Origin: Patescibacteria group bacterium
GTDB taxonomy: Bacteria; Patescibacteriota; Patescibacteriia; UBA1558; GWA2-36-10
Reading direction: 5' to 3'
Assembly: GCA_041665545.1 (NCBI GenBank)
Contig: JBAYIQ010000004.1
Coordinates: forward strand, 18,132 to 82,131
Length of the DNA stretch: 64,000 nucleotides
Of this stretch, positions 1 through 8,274 are shown in pieces (the first letter of the stretch is position 1; every line of letters begins with the position of its first letter). The notes beneath the pieces were generated by a model, which saw only the letters and a program-made list of their open reading frames with translations, had not been told where the DNA came from and did no database searches. The translations under genes and the position numbers were made by a program.

Positions 1-1410
1 TAAATCACCCGCCTTAAAATCTATTGGTTTAATGTCGGTCAACTTCAAATCAACTGTTTTATTTTCTACCACAATATTTTTGGTGACTTCGTTGCTTAGA
101 CCAGCCGAATCGGTGACTTTTAATTTAATTAAATAATTACCAGCTTTTTCGTAAACATGATTTTCTTTAGCTTCATCACCATTTTGATTATCGCCAAAAT
201 CCCAAAAATATTTTAACTCCCCTTCTTCAGGGTCAATGGACTCACTGCCTGAAAAAATAATTTTTGTATTAGCAAAAAATTTATCACCTTCAATTTTTAA
301 CATTGCTTGCGGTGCTTGATTTTCAGGCAAAACATTGGCCTGTCCTGGTGTGGGACTTGGCGTCCAAGCAAACGAACCATTTATCAAGGCCAGACTTTTT
401 CCCTCTGGCGCCGAAGCATCATAAATAGCGCTGTCTAATAAATTATTGTCCGGCGAATAAACTTTCACACTATCACCGCCAGTATTATTCAGTGATATTT
501 TTGTTTGATTTTTGTAGAGTACTAAGTACGAATTGCCAGCCAAAAGCAAACCCTGCCCAATAGTATATTGTCCGGCCGAATTATCCTGCACTTTGAAGCC
601 AGACAAGTCAACGGTATTTTGTCCTTGATTAAATAACTCTATCCATTCAGCGTCGTCACTACCTACTGGATTGGGCAACAACTCTGATATTTTTATCTGC
701 GACCAATAATTGCTTGGCGCTCTGGTGCCACCGCCAACTGGTGTTTCGGGAGCTGGCGACTGTGGTTCTTCATCATCAGGAGGATCATCATCGCCGCTGT
801 CATCATCTGGTGGCAAGACAGAGCCTTGGCTTTTGACTACACTCGGAGTGCCACCCAATACAAAGCTCTCTTGCCAGTTACTCACCGCGCTTTCTTGGGT
901 CAAATTTATTTTTTCTAGTGTTTTGCCATTGCCATTTGCTCCCCAAGCAGAATCATAATCAGAACTAATACCTTGACTCTGTCCACCATCAAAACTCAGG
1001 GCAACAGTGCTACTAGAATTGCCTAAGCTCATGACTGTATCAAAAACCGCTAATGCAAATCCCGGATGCTCGGTCAAAAAATTTTGCGCATCAGAGGCAA
1101 TGATAAAATATTCGCTCACGGCAATAGTGCTAGTGCCATTGACCAAATTCAAAATGTGATTTGAGCCATCAAAAAAACGCCAAGTATTAGCGCCCGACCC
1201 AGCCAAAACTTCGACGGCTTCCGAACCAGCATTATAGACCTCAATCCACTCACGACCGCTATCTGATCCGTCCAAATCGTACATGATTTCAGAAATCACC
1301 AAATCGCCACTCCCTGCTTGACTAGCTTGCGGACAAATCAAAACAAATATTAAAATAACAAGCGCCCAAAGGGCGGTCGCCCTTTGGGCGGAAATCGCTT
1401 TTCTTTTCAT
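1..1410 (-). CDS. Large secreted surface protein with two lamin-tail-like (LTD) domains and a PKD-like repeat; C-terminal part lies outside the window
   Basis: Minus-strand reading frame is open from the window start up to an ATG at about 1408-1410, so it is absent from the ORF track. The N-terminus (MKRKAISAQRATALWALVILIFVLICPQASQA) looks like a signal peptide. The motifs LVISEIMYDLDGSDSGREWIEVYN and ISELLPNPVGSDDAEWIELFNQGQNTVDLSGFKV resemble lamin-tail domains. The motif GELKYFWDFGDNQNGDE...KVTDSAGLSNE resembles a PKD repeat. Confidence 0.55.
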   Translation of the reverse strand, partial: MKRKAISAQRATALWALVILIFVLICPQASQAGSGDLVISEIMYDLDGSDSGREWIEVYNAGSEAVEVLAGSGANTWRFFDGSNHILNLVNGTSTIAVSEYFIIASDAQNFLTEHPGFALAVFDTVMSLGNSSSTVALSFDGGQSQGISSDYDSAWGANGNGKTLEKINLTQESAVSNWQESFVLGGTPSVVKSQGSVLPPDDDSGDDDPPDDEEPQSPAPETPVGGGTRAPSNYWSQIKISELLPNPVGSDDAEWIELFNQGQNTVDLSGFKVQDNSAGQYTIGQGLLLAGNSYLVLYKNQTKISLNNTGGDSVKVYSPDNNLLDSAIYDASAPEGKSLALINGSFAWTPSPTPGQANVLPENQAPQAMLKIEGDKFFANTKIIFSGSESIDPEEGELKYFWDFGDNQNGDEAKENHVYEKAGNYLIKLKVTDSAGLSNEVTKNIVVENKTVDLKLTDIKPIDFKAGDL

Positions 1411-1429
1411 ATTTAATTGTTAATTATAA

Positions 1430-2083
1430 TTATTGACTAAACTCTAAGGTCTCCAACATATCATTAAAAATTTTTCTATTTTTTTCGTTATATTCTTTTT
1501 CATAATAACTAAAAGTCATGACCTGATTGGTAATATTATTTAATAAATAAACCGTGTCCGAATAAACCCAATCTCGCTGACTACTGTCTCTATAATTTCC
1601 TTTAATCCTATAATCCTCTAGGCTTCTAAAATGATCTATCTTTGGATCTTTCAATAATGCCACGTCAGCAACAAGACCAATTGGATAATCAATATAGCTG
1701 TTGATTACTATTTTATTTTTATCTTTAAAAAAATCATCTACAACTCCGTCATTAAAACCAATTGATAATAGACTAGTAGATTCTATTTGTTCATTATATT
1801 CTCTATAATTCCAGTCACTTGGATATTGCACTCTAAAACAGCCCGCTTTATTTACATAAATTTTCCAACTAGCTATTTTGGCATTGCTTTCAAATCTACA
1901 ATTACCCACTATTACCGGTCTAAAAATAAAATTACTAGCGTCCTCTTGTTTTTTTTCATCGAGGATAATAATATTTTTATTTACTTGATCATTTTTAATT
2001 TTTACTTGCCACATCAAAAATAAATTTAAAAACAAAATTGGAAGCAAAACGATTAACAAAAAATATTTTTTCATAATATTCAT
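1430..2083 (-). CDS. Hypothetical membrane-anchored or secreted protein
   Basis: ORF track 1430..2149. The likely true start is the internal Met MNIMKKYFLLIVLLPILFLNLFLMW (hydrophobic N-terminus), because the first 22 codons of the tracked ORF overlap a terminator hairpin. I recognise no conserved motifs. Confidence 0.4.
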   Translation of the reverse strand: MNIMKKYFLLIVLLPILFLNLFLMWQVKIKNDQVNKNIIILDEKKQEDASNFIFRPVIVGNCRFESNAKIASWKIYVNKAGCFRVQYPSDWNYREYNEQIESTSLLSIGFNDGVVDDFFKDKNKIVINSYIDYPIGLVADVALLKDPKIDHFRSLEDYRIKGNYRDSSQRDWVYSDTVYLLNNITNQVMTFSYYEKEYNEKNRKIFNDMLETLEFSQ

Positions 2084-2151
2084 ATTTAATCTAAAAATTA
2101 TAACAAAGTTTTGGGGAGCATGAAAGGTTTTCCTCTCATGCTCCTCCACGC

Positions 2152-2871
2152 CTACGCGCCGTAGACCAACAAAGAACGAATGGTGCCGTACAATGCCCTA
2201 CTGCTCTGACCCCAAGGATCGCGAACCAGGTAATTCGTGCCATCATAGGCATAAATCACCAAGTAATGACTGGGGGTAGTGCCAAAACTGACCCTTGCAA
2301 CGACTGGCCTACCAGTGGCCAGCTCTTTATAGATTTGGGTGTAAGCAATGTTGCGGTACGGCCTACTCACATAGCCATACTGCAGCGCTTCTGGCAAGCG
2401 AATAAGATCTCCGCATTCAGAGGTGGAAAAGGCATAGTGAGCCCTACCCTGGTAACTCCAGTTGTTAAGCACAACCGGCGTCATCGATGAGTAGCCCCAC
2501 CTCTTGTACAGCATGGCCAGGCAGGTGAGGTGACAGCCATACTTACCGATGGTCGAATTGCCGCAAGGGTAATTGAAACCAAGGGCAACATCCTTCCATG
2601 CCGGATCCAGCTGGCTGAAGTAAGGCACGTTCAGATAGATGCAGGCATTGGCCTTGTTCGGACTGACCTGCTCGGACGCCGCTCTGCCAGCAGCATTAAC
2701 CTCATCGGCAGAAATGTTGAGTTCGATGGGATCGTCGACCCCAGTATTCGGGTCAAAACTTCCGACTATCGGAGCCGTGACCATCGGCTCCTCCCTGTCA
2801 CAGCCCGCCATCCACGACAGCAGGCCCAGCGCCAGCAGTACGCTGACCAACAAACTCACTCGGCTCTTCAT
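2152..2871 (-). CDS. High-GC lipoprotein with a peptidase C39-like (papain-like cysteine peptidase) domain
   Basis: ORF track 2152..2904; the probable start is MKSRVSLL, with a GGAAGGA Shine-Dalgarno about 7 nt upstream. The signal peptide ends in LSWMAGC, a lipobox-like Cys. YFSQLDPAWKD...CGNSTIGKYGCHLTCLAMLY resembles the Peptidase_C39_2 (YvpB/BtrH-like) catalytic region. Local GC is about 50-60% against a roughly 37% background. Confidence 0.5.
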   Translation of the reverse strand: MKSRVSLLVSVLLALGLLSWMAGCDREEPMVTAPIVGSFDPNTGVDDPIELNISADEVNAAGRAASEQVSPNKANACIYLNVPYFSQLDPAWKDVALGFNYPCGNSTIGKYGCHLTCLAMLYKRWGYSSMTPVVLNNWSYQGRAHYAFSTSECGDLIRLPEALQYGYVSRPYRNIAYTQIYKELATGRPVVARVSFGTTPSHYLVIYAYDGTNYLVRDPWGQSSRALYGTIRSLLVYGA

Positions 2872-3104
2872 GACAAGTCCTTCCATGAAAAAGTCCAAGA
2901 ACAAACACGCGACTTGCTTTGAGGGTAATCCGCAAATAAACCTCCTTGGTTGTAAAGAACAAGTGCTCGTTCTTTTGCCCTCACAAAAGATTGAGCCAGC
3001 TAAAAATTTTCGCTTTTCTTAGCTTGGACAAGGCCCGAAAGATACAGGCAAACTTTTTAGGCCTTGCTCCAAGATAAAAAAATATCTTAAAAAATTATGA
3101 TAAA

Positions 3105-3518
3105 TTAATTATCTTCTTCAATTTGAATTTCCTCGATGTCAATTTCTTCCTCTTTGGCGTTTTCATCCCCTTTAGATTCCTTTTTTTGACTACCACCGAG
3201 CATGATCAAGTCAGAGGCCACAATCTCGGTCATATATTTTTTGACCTTATTCTTATCTTCCCAAGATCTGTTCTGCAAACGACCCTCGATAAAAACTTTG
3301 GAGCCCTTTTTCAAATAGACGGTGATGATTTCGGCCAAATGCCCCCAAGCCACCACCCGATGAAACTCAGCTCGATTCTTTTTTTCCTTGGTCTTGGCAT
3401 CGCGCCACACATAATTGGTAGCCAAAGTCATAGTGGCCACGGCTTGCCCGCTGGGCAAATTTTTACTGATCGGGTCTTTGGTAATGTTGCCGATCATACT
3501 AACCTTGTTTAGGTCCAT
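3105..3518 (-). CDS. ssb: Single-stranded DNA-binding protein
   Basis: OB-fold SSB signatures are present: MDLNKVSMIGNITKDP, EFHRVVAWG, KGSKVFIEGRLQNRSWEDKNKVKKYMTEIVA. The acidic C-terminal tail is EEIDIEEIQIEEDN. Confidence 0.9.
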   Translation of the reverse strand: MDLNKVSMIGNITKDPISKNLPSGQAVATMTLATNYVWRDAKTKEKKNRAEFHRVVAWGHLAEIITVYLKKGSKVFIEGRLQNRSWEDKNKVKKYMTEIVASDLIMLGGSQKKESKGDENAKEEEIDIEEIQIEEDN

Positions 3519-3582
3519 ATCGCTTTTCCTTTCTTTGTCTGCCGTTTTTCGACAGAATAATTATTAAGGCCAAACCAAAAAC

Positions 3583-3612
3583 CCCTATTTAACCCATGCC
3601 AAAATAGGGGTA
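3583..3612 (-). terminator. Rho-independent terminator-like hairpin, minus-strand orientation
   Basis: CCCCTATTT-12 nt loop-AAATAGGGG is a 9 bp stem. On the minus strand it is followed by TTTTTGGTTTGG. It lies just upstream of the ssb start, i.e. downstream of the rnhB transcription unit. Confidence 0.4.
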
Positions 3613-3919
3613 GTTGGATTGACAAAAATGATTATTTATTTTAGAATTCAAATTGAGGTTAACCATTCCTTCAGGGGATATGGCAATCTCAAAATCGCTT
3701 TTCTTAACAAAGTCCCGCCCATAAAGCGGGGTTTTGTTTTTTATGTAAAATAAATAATCGTAAAAAATGTTATTAATCCAAGTGGATTTAGCAGAAAAAT
3801 TTGTTTTATTGTTAAAAATATAAAACATCGCTTTTCTTTACCTTGTTTATAGCCGTCTATAAAAACAATGACGGCTTACCATGCCGTCATATTATCACCC
3901 GTTATTTTATTGTCAAGAC

Positions 3920-4522
3920 CTAGCCCAAATATCTTCCCAAAAAACTACGCCGATGCAGCGGACACAAGCCGTGCTCTTTTATTAATCGTAAATGTTCCTT
4001 GGTGCCATAGCCCTTATGTTGATAAAAATTATAAGCTGGAAACTCTTTGTGCCAATCTGTCATTAATTTGTCGCGATATACTTTGGCAATAATTGAGGCG
4101 GCGGCAATTTCTTCATGTCTGCTTTCACCGTGCTGGAAAAATTCAAGCTTAGTGTCGGGCCAATATTTTTTGGCCGCGCCCACATAGTCAGCCACCATGT
4201 TTATTTCTCCATGATTGATGTTAATAATTTTTTTTAATAAATCATTAAGCGCTTCTTGCATGACCAAAATATTAGCCACTTGGATACCGCGTTGATCAAT
4301 AATTTGATTATCAATTATTTTGATGCTAAACAAAAAATTTTCAACTATCAATTCGCTCAAAGCTTCTCTTTTTTTCTGAGACAACAATTTGGAATCACGA
4401 ACTTGTTTTAAAATATTTTTTTGCTCCTCCGAGCCCATAGAAAAAACTGCCGCGCCCACAATTGGCCCAGCCACTGGTCCTCTACCCACTTCGTCAATGC
4501 CAATTTTATATTTACTGATCAT
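3920..4522 (-). CDS. rnhB: Ribonuclease HII
   Basis: N-terminal MISKYKIGIDEVGRGPVAGPIVGAAV is the classic RNase HII catalytic motif (GIDEVGRGP). Confidence 0.9.
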   Translation of the reverse strand: MISKYKIGIDEVGRGPVAGPIVGAAVFSMGSEEQKNILKQVRDSKLLSQKKREALSELIVENFLFSIKIIDNQIIDQRGIQVANILVMQEALNDLLKKIININHGEINMVADYVGAAKKYWPDTKLEFFQHGESRHEEIAAASIIAKVYRDKLMTDWHKEFPAYNFYQHKGYGTKEHLRLIKEHGLCPLHRRSFLGRYLG

Positions 4523-4555
4523 TAAAATACTCTAAGTACCGTTGACGAGTTTTTG

Positions 4556-5779
4556 TTACTCTTTCATAGCTTCAGCTATTCGCTCAATAGCCAGTACAAA
4601 GGCCGCTGTTCGATAATCAATTCTTTTCTCTTTGGCTATATCAAAAACTTTTTGCCAAGCATCAATCATCTTGTCTTTAAGTTTGGTGCTTACTTCTTCT
4701 TCACTCCAATATTGATCAGCTTTGTTTTGCAACCACTCAAAGTATGAAACCGTCACACCACCCGCATTAGCCAAAACATCAGGTATTACCTCCACCCCTT
4801 TAGCAAAAAGTATTTCATCGGCTTCGGGTGTAGTTGGGCCATTGCCCATCTCCAAAATTACTTTGGCTTTGATACTTGGCGCGTTGTCGGCTGTAATTTG
4901 ATTTTCCAAGGCCGCTGGCACCAAAACATCAACTGGTAAGGCAAAAAATTCTTCCAAAGAAATTTCTTTAGTATCAGGTAAACCACTCAATGATTGTTTG
5001 TTTTCTTTGCGTGTCAAAATTTCATTGATGTTTAGTCCGCCTTCTTTATAGATAACATTTTTGGAATCAGCCACGGCTACTACTTTGTAGCCCCCATCAA
5101 ATAAAAACTTGGCCATGCCACCACCGACATTGCCTAGACCTTGGATAGCCACGGACATGTTTTTTGGATTCCAAGATCTTTTGGCCACCAAGTCAGACAA
5201 GACAAACATGCCACCTTTGGCCGTGGCTGGACCCCTTCCTTTTGAGCCACCCATATCTAGGGGCTTGCCAGTGACCACTCCTAACTGTTTTTCACCAACT
5301 AATTTTGAATATTCGTCAGCCATCCAAGCCATAGTTTGAGGATTGGTGTAGACATCTGGCGCTGGGATATCTTTGTCTGGTCCGATTAAGTCTTTGAAAG
5401 CCCCAACCCAAGCGCGAGAAATTTTTTCCAACTCATTGGCGGACAGCGTTTTGGTGTCTATTACCACCCCACCCTTGGCTCCGCCCATAGGTATGTCAAC
5501 CACCGCTGTTTTGATGCTCATCCAAAAAGCCAAGGCCTTGACCTCGGCAATGTCCACCTGCGGATGAAAGCGAATGCCTCCCTTGTATGGACCGCGAGCA
5601 TTGTTGTACTGCACGCGATAGCCCTCGTATATTTCCAAAGTATTGTCGTCTTTTTTTATTGCTAAATTAGCCGTGATTATTTTGTCAGGCACGCTTAATT
5701 TTTTCAATATTTCCGGACTCAATTTAATTATAGCAGCTGCTTTTGTCAGCTGTTGTAAAGCATTGTCAAATGGATTCAT
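4556..5779 (-). CDS. gdhA: NAD(P)-dependent glutamate dehydrogenase (Glu/Leu/Phe/Val dehydrogenase family)
   Basis: ORF track 4556..5938; the probable start is the internal Met MNPFDNALQQ. YKGGIRFHPQVDIAEVKALAFWMSIKTAVVDIPMGGAKGG is the GDH catalytic and dimerisation signature, with the Rossmann motif GLGNVGG. Confidence 0.85.
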   Translation of the reverse strand: MNPFDNALQQLTKAAAIIKLSPEILKKLSVPDKIITANLAIKKDDNTLEIYEGYRVQYNNARGPYKGGIRFHPQVDIAEVKALAFWMSIKTAVVDIPMGGAKGGVVIDTKTLSANELEKISRAWVGAFKDLIGPDKDIPAPDVYTNPQTMAWMADEYSKLVGEKQLGVVTGKPLDMGGSKGRGPATAKGGMFVLSDLVAKRSWNPKNMSVAIQGLGNVGGGMAKFLFDGGYKVVAVADSKNVIYKEGGLNINEILTRKENKQSLSGLPDTKEISLEEFFALPVDVLVPAALENQITADNAPSIKAKVILEMGNGPTTPEADEILFAKGVEVIPDVLANAGGVTVSYFEWLQNKADQYWSEEEVSTKLKDKMIDAWQKVFDIAKEKRIDYRTAAFVLAIERIAEAMKE

Positions 5780-5789
5780 TTTTTTTAGT

Positions 5790-6731
5790 TTATTTACTCC
5801 AGTCTGGACCAGATACCTGGCCCTTCTGAAGATATTTATAAGCTTGCAAGGCGGCCTTGGCTCCTTCGCCAGCCGAGATGACCACCTGCTTGTAGACAAT
5901 CTGAGAAATATCACCGGCCGCAAATATGCCGGGCACATTAGTTTCGCAATCGGCGTTAATTTTAATCTCGTGCAATTCGGTCAAGTCCAACAAATCTTTG
6001 ACCCAGTCGGTTTTGGCAATGTGGCCAATTTCTACAAATACACCGTCAACCTTTATTTCTTTATTCTCGCCCTTTGATTCGTAAATCAAGCTTTCTACTT
6101 TGGAACTGCCTTTAATTTCTTTGCTAACGGCCTCAAATAATATTTCTACCTTGGGATCATGGCTGACACGCTGAATCAAAACATCCTCACCCTTAAGTTG
6201 TGGCTGGCGTACCAAAAGATAAACCTTGGCCACAATTTTACTCAAATATTCAGCTGCATCCATAGCGGAATTTCCACCACCAACCACTACTACTGTTTTG
6301 CCTTTGTATAGCGGACCATCGCAAGTAGCGCAATAGGCCACCCCCCGACCAGTAAGCTCTTTTTCGCCAGGCACGTCTAGATTTCGAGGTGTCAGGCCAA
6401 AGGCCATGATTACTGCTTTGGTCTCAAATTTTTGATTATCGGCTGTCTGTAAAATAAAAAAATCATCTTTTTTTTCGACTCTACTTATTTCCGCTGTAAC
6501 TAGTGTGGCTCCGCTTTTTTCGGCCTGAGCCAACATCTTTTGACCCAAAACCGGTCCCTCTATTTCTTCGTAACCAGGATAATTTTCAATGCTGTTGGTC
6601 AAAGCCATTTGCCCGCCAATATCCATAGAAACTATCAGGGTTTTCAAAGCTCTTCGCGCCGCATAAATAGCGGCCGTAAGCCCTGCCGGTCCTCCGCCAA
6701 CAACCACCACGTCATATTTATTGTCCGTCAT
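5790..6731 (-). CDS. trxB: Thioredoxin-disulfide reductase
   Basis: FAD motif DVVVVGGGPAGLTAAIYAARR, redox-active CATCDG, and a second nucleotide-binding motif VVVGGGNSAMDAAEYL. Confidence 0.9.
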   Translation of the reverse strand: MTDNKYDVVVVGGGPAGLTAAIYAARRALKTLIVSMDIGGQMALTNSIENYPGYEEIEGPVLGQKMLAQAEKSGATLVTAEISRVEKKDDFFILQTADNQKFETKAVIMAFGLTPRNLDVPGEKELTGRGVAYCATCDGPLYKGKTVVVVGGGNSAMDAAEYLSKIVAKVYLLVRQPQLKGEDVLIQRVSHDPKVEILFEAVSKEIKGSSKVESLIYESKGENKEIKVDGVFVEIGHIAKTDWVKDLLDLTELHEIKINADCETNVPGIFAAGDISQIVYKQVVISAGEGAKAALQAYKYLQKGQVSGPDWSK

Positions 6732-6737
6732 AAAAAA

Positions 6738-7061
6738 TTATAATTGTTTATTAATTTTTTCTAACAAAACTTTTTTGGACTGCATACCCACCATATCCTC
6801 TACTACCTTTCCACCTTTAAAAATCTTTAAGGCCGGGATAGACATTATTTCAAACTCTTGGGACTTAAGTGGGTTTTCCTCAACATTAAATTTAGCAATT
6901 TTTATATTGCTTTTGTCTTTCAGCTCTTCGGCTAGCTGGTCAATGATTGGTCCTTGCATTTTGCAAGGCATACACCAAGAGGCCCAAAAATCCACCAAGG
7001 CCACTCCCTCAAAATTTTTTATTTCTTGATCAAAGTTTTGATCGTTTAATTCTAATGCCAT
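6738..7061 (-). CDS. trxA: Thioredoxin
   Basis: A 107 aa protein with active site WASWCMPCK, a variant of WCGPCK. It lies immediately upstream of trxB on the same strand. Confidence 0.85.
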   Translation of the reverse strand: MALELNDQNFDQEIKNFEGVALVDFWASWCMPCKMQGPIIDQLAEELKDKSNIKIAKFNVEENPLKSQEFEIMSIPALKIFKGGKVVEDMVGMQSKKVLLEKINKQL

Positions 7062-7078
7062 AAATTTGTTATTAATTA

Positions 7079-7342
7079 TTAACTAGTTTTAAATAATATT
7101 TCTATTAATTTATTTAATTCTTTTTTCTTATTTTTAGTTCCCGACTGATAACAGCCATTCACCTTGTCAGTAATTAGCAAACGAGTGACCGAGTCCAGTG
7201 AAGCGCGCGCAGCCATCACCACTCGCACCACTTCTTCCACTTCTCTTTTTTCGCCGTACATTTTTTCAATCGCGCGAATCTGACCCTCAATGCGATGAAG
7301 TTGAGAATAGATTTTTTGTGGATGACAGGATTGTTTGCTCAT
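7079..7342 (-). CDS. CsoR/RcnR/FrmR-family (DUF156) metal- or thiol-sensing transcriptional repressor, atypical ligand set
   Basis: QLHRIEGQIRAIEKM...ASL matches the CsoR-family helix alpha1/alpha2. The positions of the canonical Cu ligands (first Cys and His of the C-H-C set) are replaced (REVEEVV ... KVNGC). Only one Cys is retained, plus an N-terminal Cys-His (SCHP). Confidence 0.6.
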   Translation of the reverse strand: MSKQSCHPQKIYSQLHRIEGQIRAIEKMYGEKREVEEVVRVVMAARASLDSVTRLLITDKVNGCYQSGTKNKKKELNKLIEILFKTS

Positions 7343-7351
7343 ATACCCTCT

Positions 7352-7375
7352 GGGGGTATTATATCAAACCAGTAA
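7352..7375. promoter_or_regulatory. Putative CsoR-type operator overlapping the csoR-like start
   Basis: ATATACCCTCTGGGGGTATTATAT is a pseudo-palindrome ATACCC-N5-GGGTAT with a G-tract. It resembles, from memory, described CsoR operators of the TACCC...GGGGTA type. Confidence 0.35.
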
Positions 7376-7713
7376 AAACACGTCAAGTGTGGTGGTGGAA
7401 AATCACTAACCCCTCCAACCTCCCCTTAACAGGGGAGGAACATTTAAGCCCCCCTTGTCTCGCCCACAGGGCGATCACCCTCTGGGTGAAAAGGGGGTTC
7501 CTGCCTGCCGGTAGGCAGGAAGCAATCTACAAGCTTGTGGATTGCCACGCCCCGTCGCGTCAGACGCGACGGGGCTCGCAATGACGAACCGAAAAACTAA
7601 CTTCGGATCAACAAACTTCTCGACTCCCCCTCGACCTGGCTCGGGGTCGCTCGGGATTTCGCGAGACAAACAGGAGGATACTTTTTGTTTGAAGTCATTG
7701 TTAATATTTCAGT

Positions 7714-7780
7714 GTCATTCCTGCGAAGGCAGGAATCTAGCCAGATCCCGCAACAAGTGCGGCAAGTGCGGGATAACAAC
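7714..7780. mobile_element. MITE-like palindromic element, family A, compact copy
   Basis: TGTCATTCCTGCGAAGGCAGGAATCTA ... CAGATCCCGCAACAAGTGCGGCAAGTGCGGGATAACA. Each arm is itself a hairpin. It is homologous to the copy at 9385-9468 (TGTCATTCCCGCGAAAGCGGGAATCTA ... TAGATCCTGGATCAAGTCCGGGATGACA), with terminal inverted repeats TGTCAT/ATGACA. Confidence 0.5.
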
Positions 7781-7864
7781 ATGGTTGGGGGGTTTGTTTT
7801 AAATCCTCCTTGTCAAACGGCCCTGCCCGAGCTTGCTCGAAGAAATAGACCCTTGTGCGATATT

Positions 7865-7893
7865 TGACAATAATCTTAATAGGTGATATAATA
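7865..7893 (+). promoter_or_regulatory. Exact consensus sigma70 promoter (TTGACA-17-TATAAT) for the 7923 gene
   Basis: TTGACAATAATCTTAATAGGTGATATAAT sits about 30 nt upstream of a GGGAGG Shine-Dalgarno and the ATG. Confidence 0.6.
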
Positions 7894-7922
7894 TAGTGTT
7901 TCCATAACCGGGAGGTTCTTTC

Positions 7923-8183
7923 ATGGCAGACCGTAAGGGTCCTTCGGCTGTAAGCTCGGTCTTCATCTGGCTGGCGTATTTGTCGGCAATTGCCGGCGAA
8001 TCCCTTCTTCTCTGCAAGACTTGGTGGGAGTTTGCGGCGCTTGTGGGCATTGGCGTCGCTGTTTTCTTCCTCGTCGCGTTCTTCATTGGCCTATTTAGCA
8101 TCAAGCGCCACGGCGCCGTCCATGTCCTGCTGATAGCAGTACTCGTGCTTTCGGCAATGACTCACCTGGCCATCTTCGCGTGA
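7923..8183 (+). CDS. Small high-GC membrane protein (two predicted TM helices), unknown function
   Basis: An 86 aa ORF with its own consensus promoter, Shine-Dalgarno and terminator. It has two hydrophobic segments (VSSVFIWLAYLSAIAG, VGIGVAVFFLVAFFIGLF...VLLIAVLVLSAM). GC is well above the flanking DNA. Confidence 0.5.
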   Translation: MADRKGPSAVSSVFIWLAYLSAIAGESLLLCKTWWEFAALVGIGVAVFFLVAFFIGLFSIKRHGAVHVLLIAVLVLSAMTHLAIFA

Positions 8184-8211
8184 CAACACATCACCCAGAA
8201 TGGAGAATCGG

Positions 8212-8257
8212 CCCCGTAAGTGTACGCAACGCTACGGGGTCTTAATTTTGTTTAATT
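8212..8257 (+). terminator. Rho-independent terminator of the 7923 gene
   Basis: CCCCGTAAGTGTACGCAACGCTACGGGG hairpin followed by TCTTAATTTTGTTTAATTT. Confidence 0.6.
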
Positions 8258-8274
8258 TATCATGAGTTAGCTAA

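Noticed and set aside
3589-3828. 79 aa ORF between ssb and rnhB
   Set aside because: Its stop lies inside the loop of a terminator hairpin. The protein has low complexity, no motifs and no Shine-Dalgarno. It is more likely non-coding intergenic sequence with terminators, including a plus-strand hairpin+T-run at about 3706-3740 of unclear assignment.
1391-3856. Recurring AATCGCTTTTCTT motif (about 1394, 3519, 3688, 3827) on one strand
   Set aside because: On the minus strand this reads AAGAAAAGCGAT-ATG, a purine-rich Shine-Dalgarno-like region immediately upstream of start codons. It is probably ordinary translation-initiation context rather than a distinct element.
4553-6077. Small plus-strand ORFs overlapping gdh and trxB (4553..4747, 5109..5339, 5373..5567, 5643..6077) and the many short ORFs antisense to rpoB and rpoC
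   Set aside because: They lie entirely within, and antisense to, well-supported conserved genes and have no motifs. Treated as random ORFs.
7198-7867. ORFs 7198..7584, 7475..7669, 7542..7802, 7597..7782 and 7685..7867 in the hairpin cluster
   Set aside because: They are mutually overlapping in different frames across GC-rich palindromes. The region is better explained as stacked palindromic elements.
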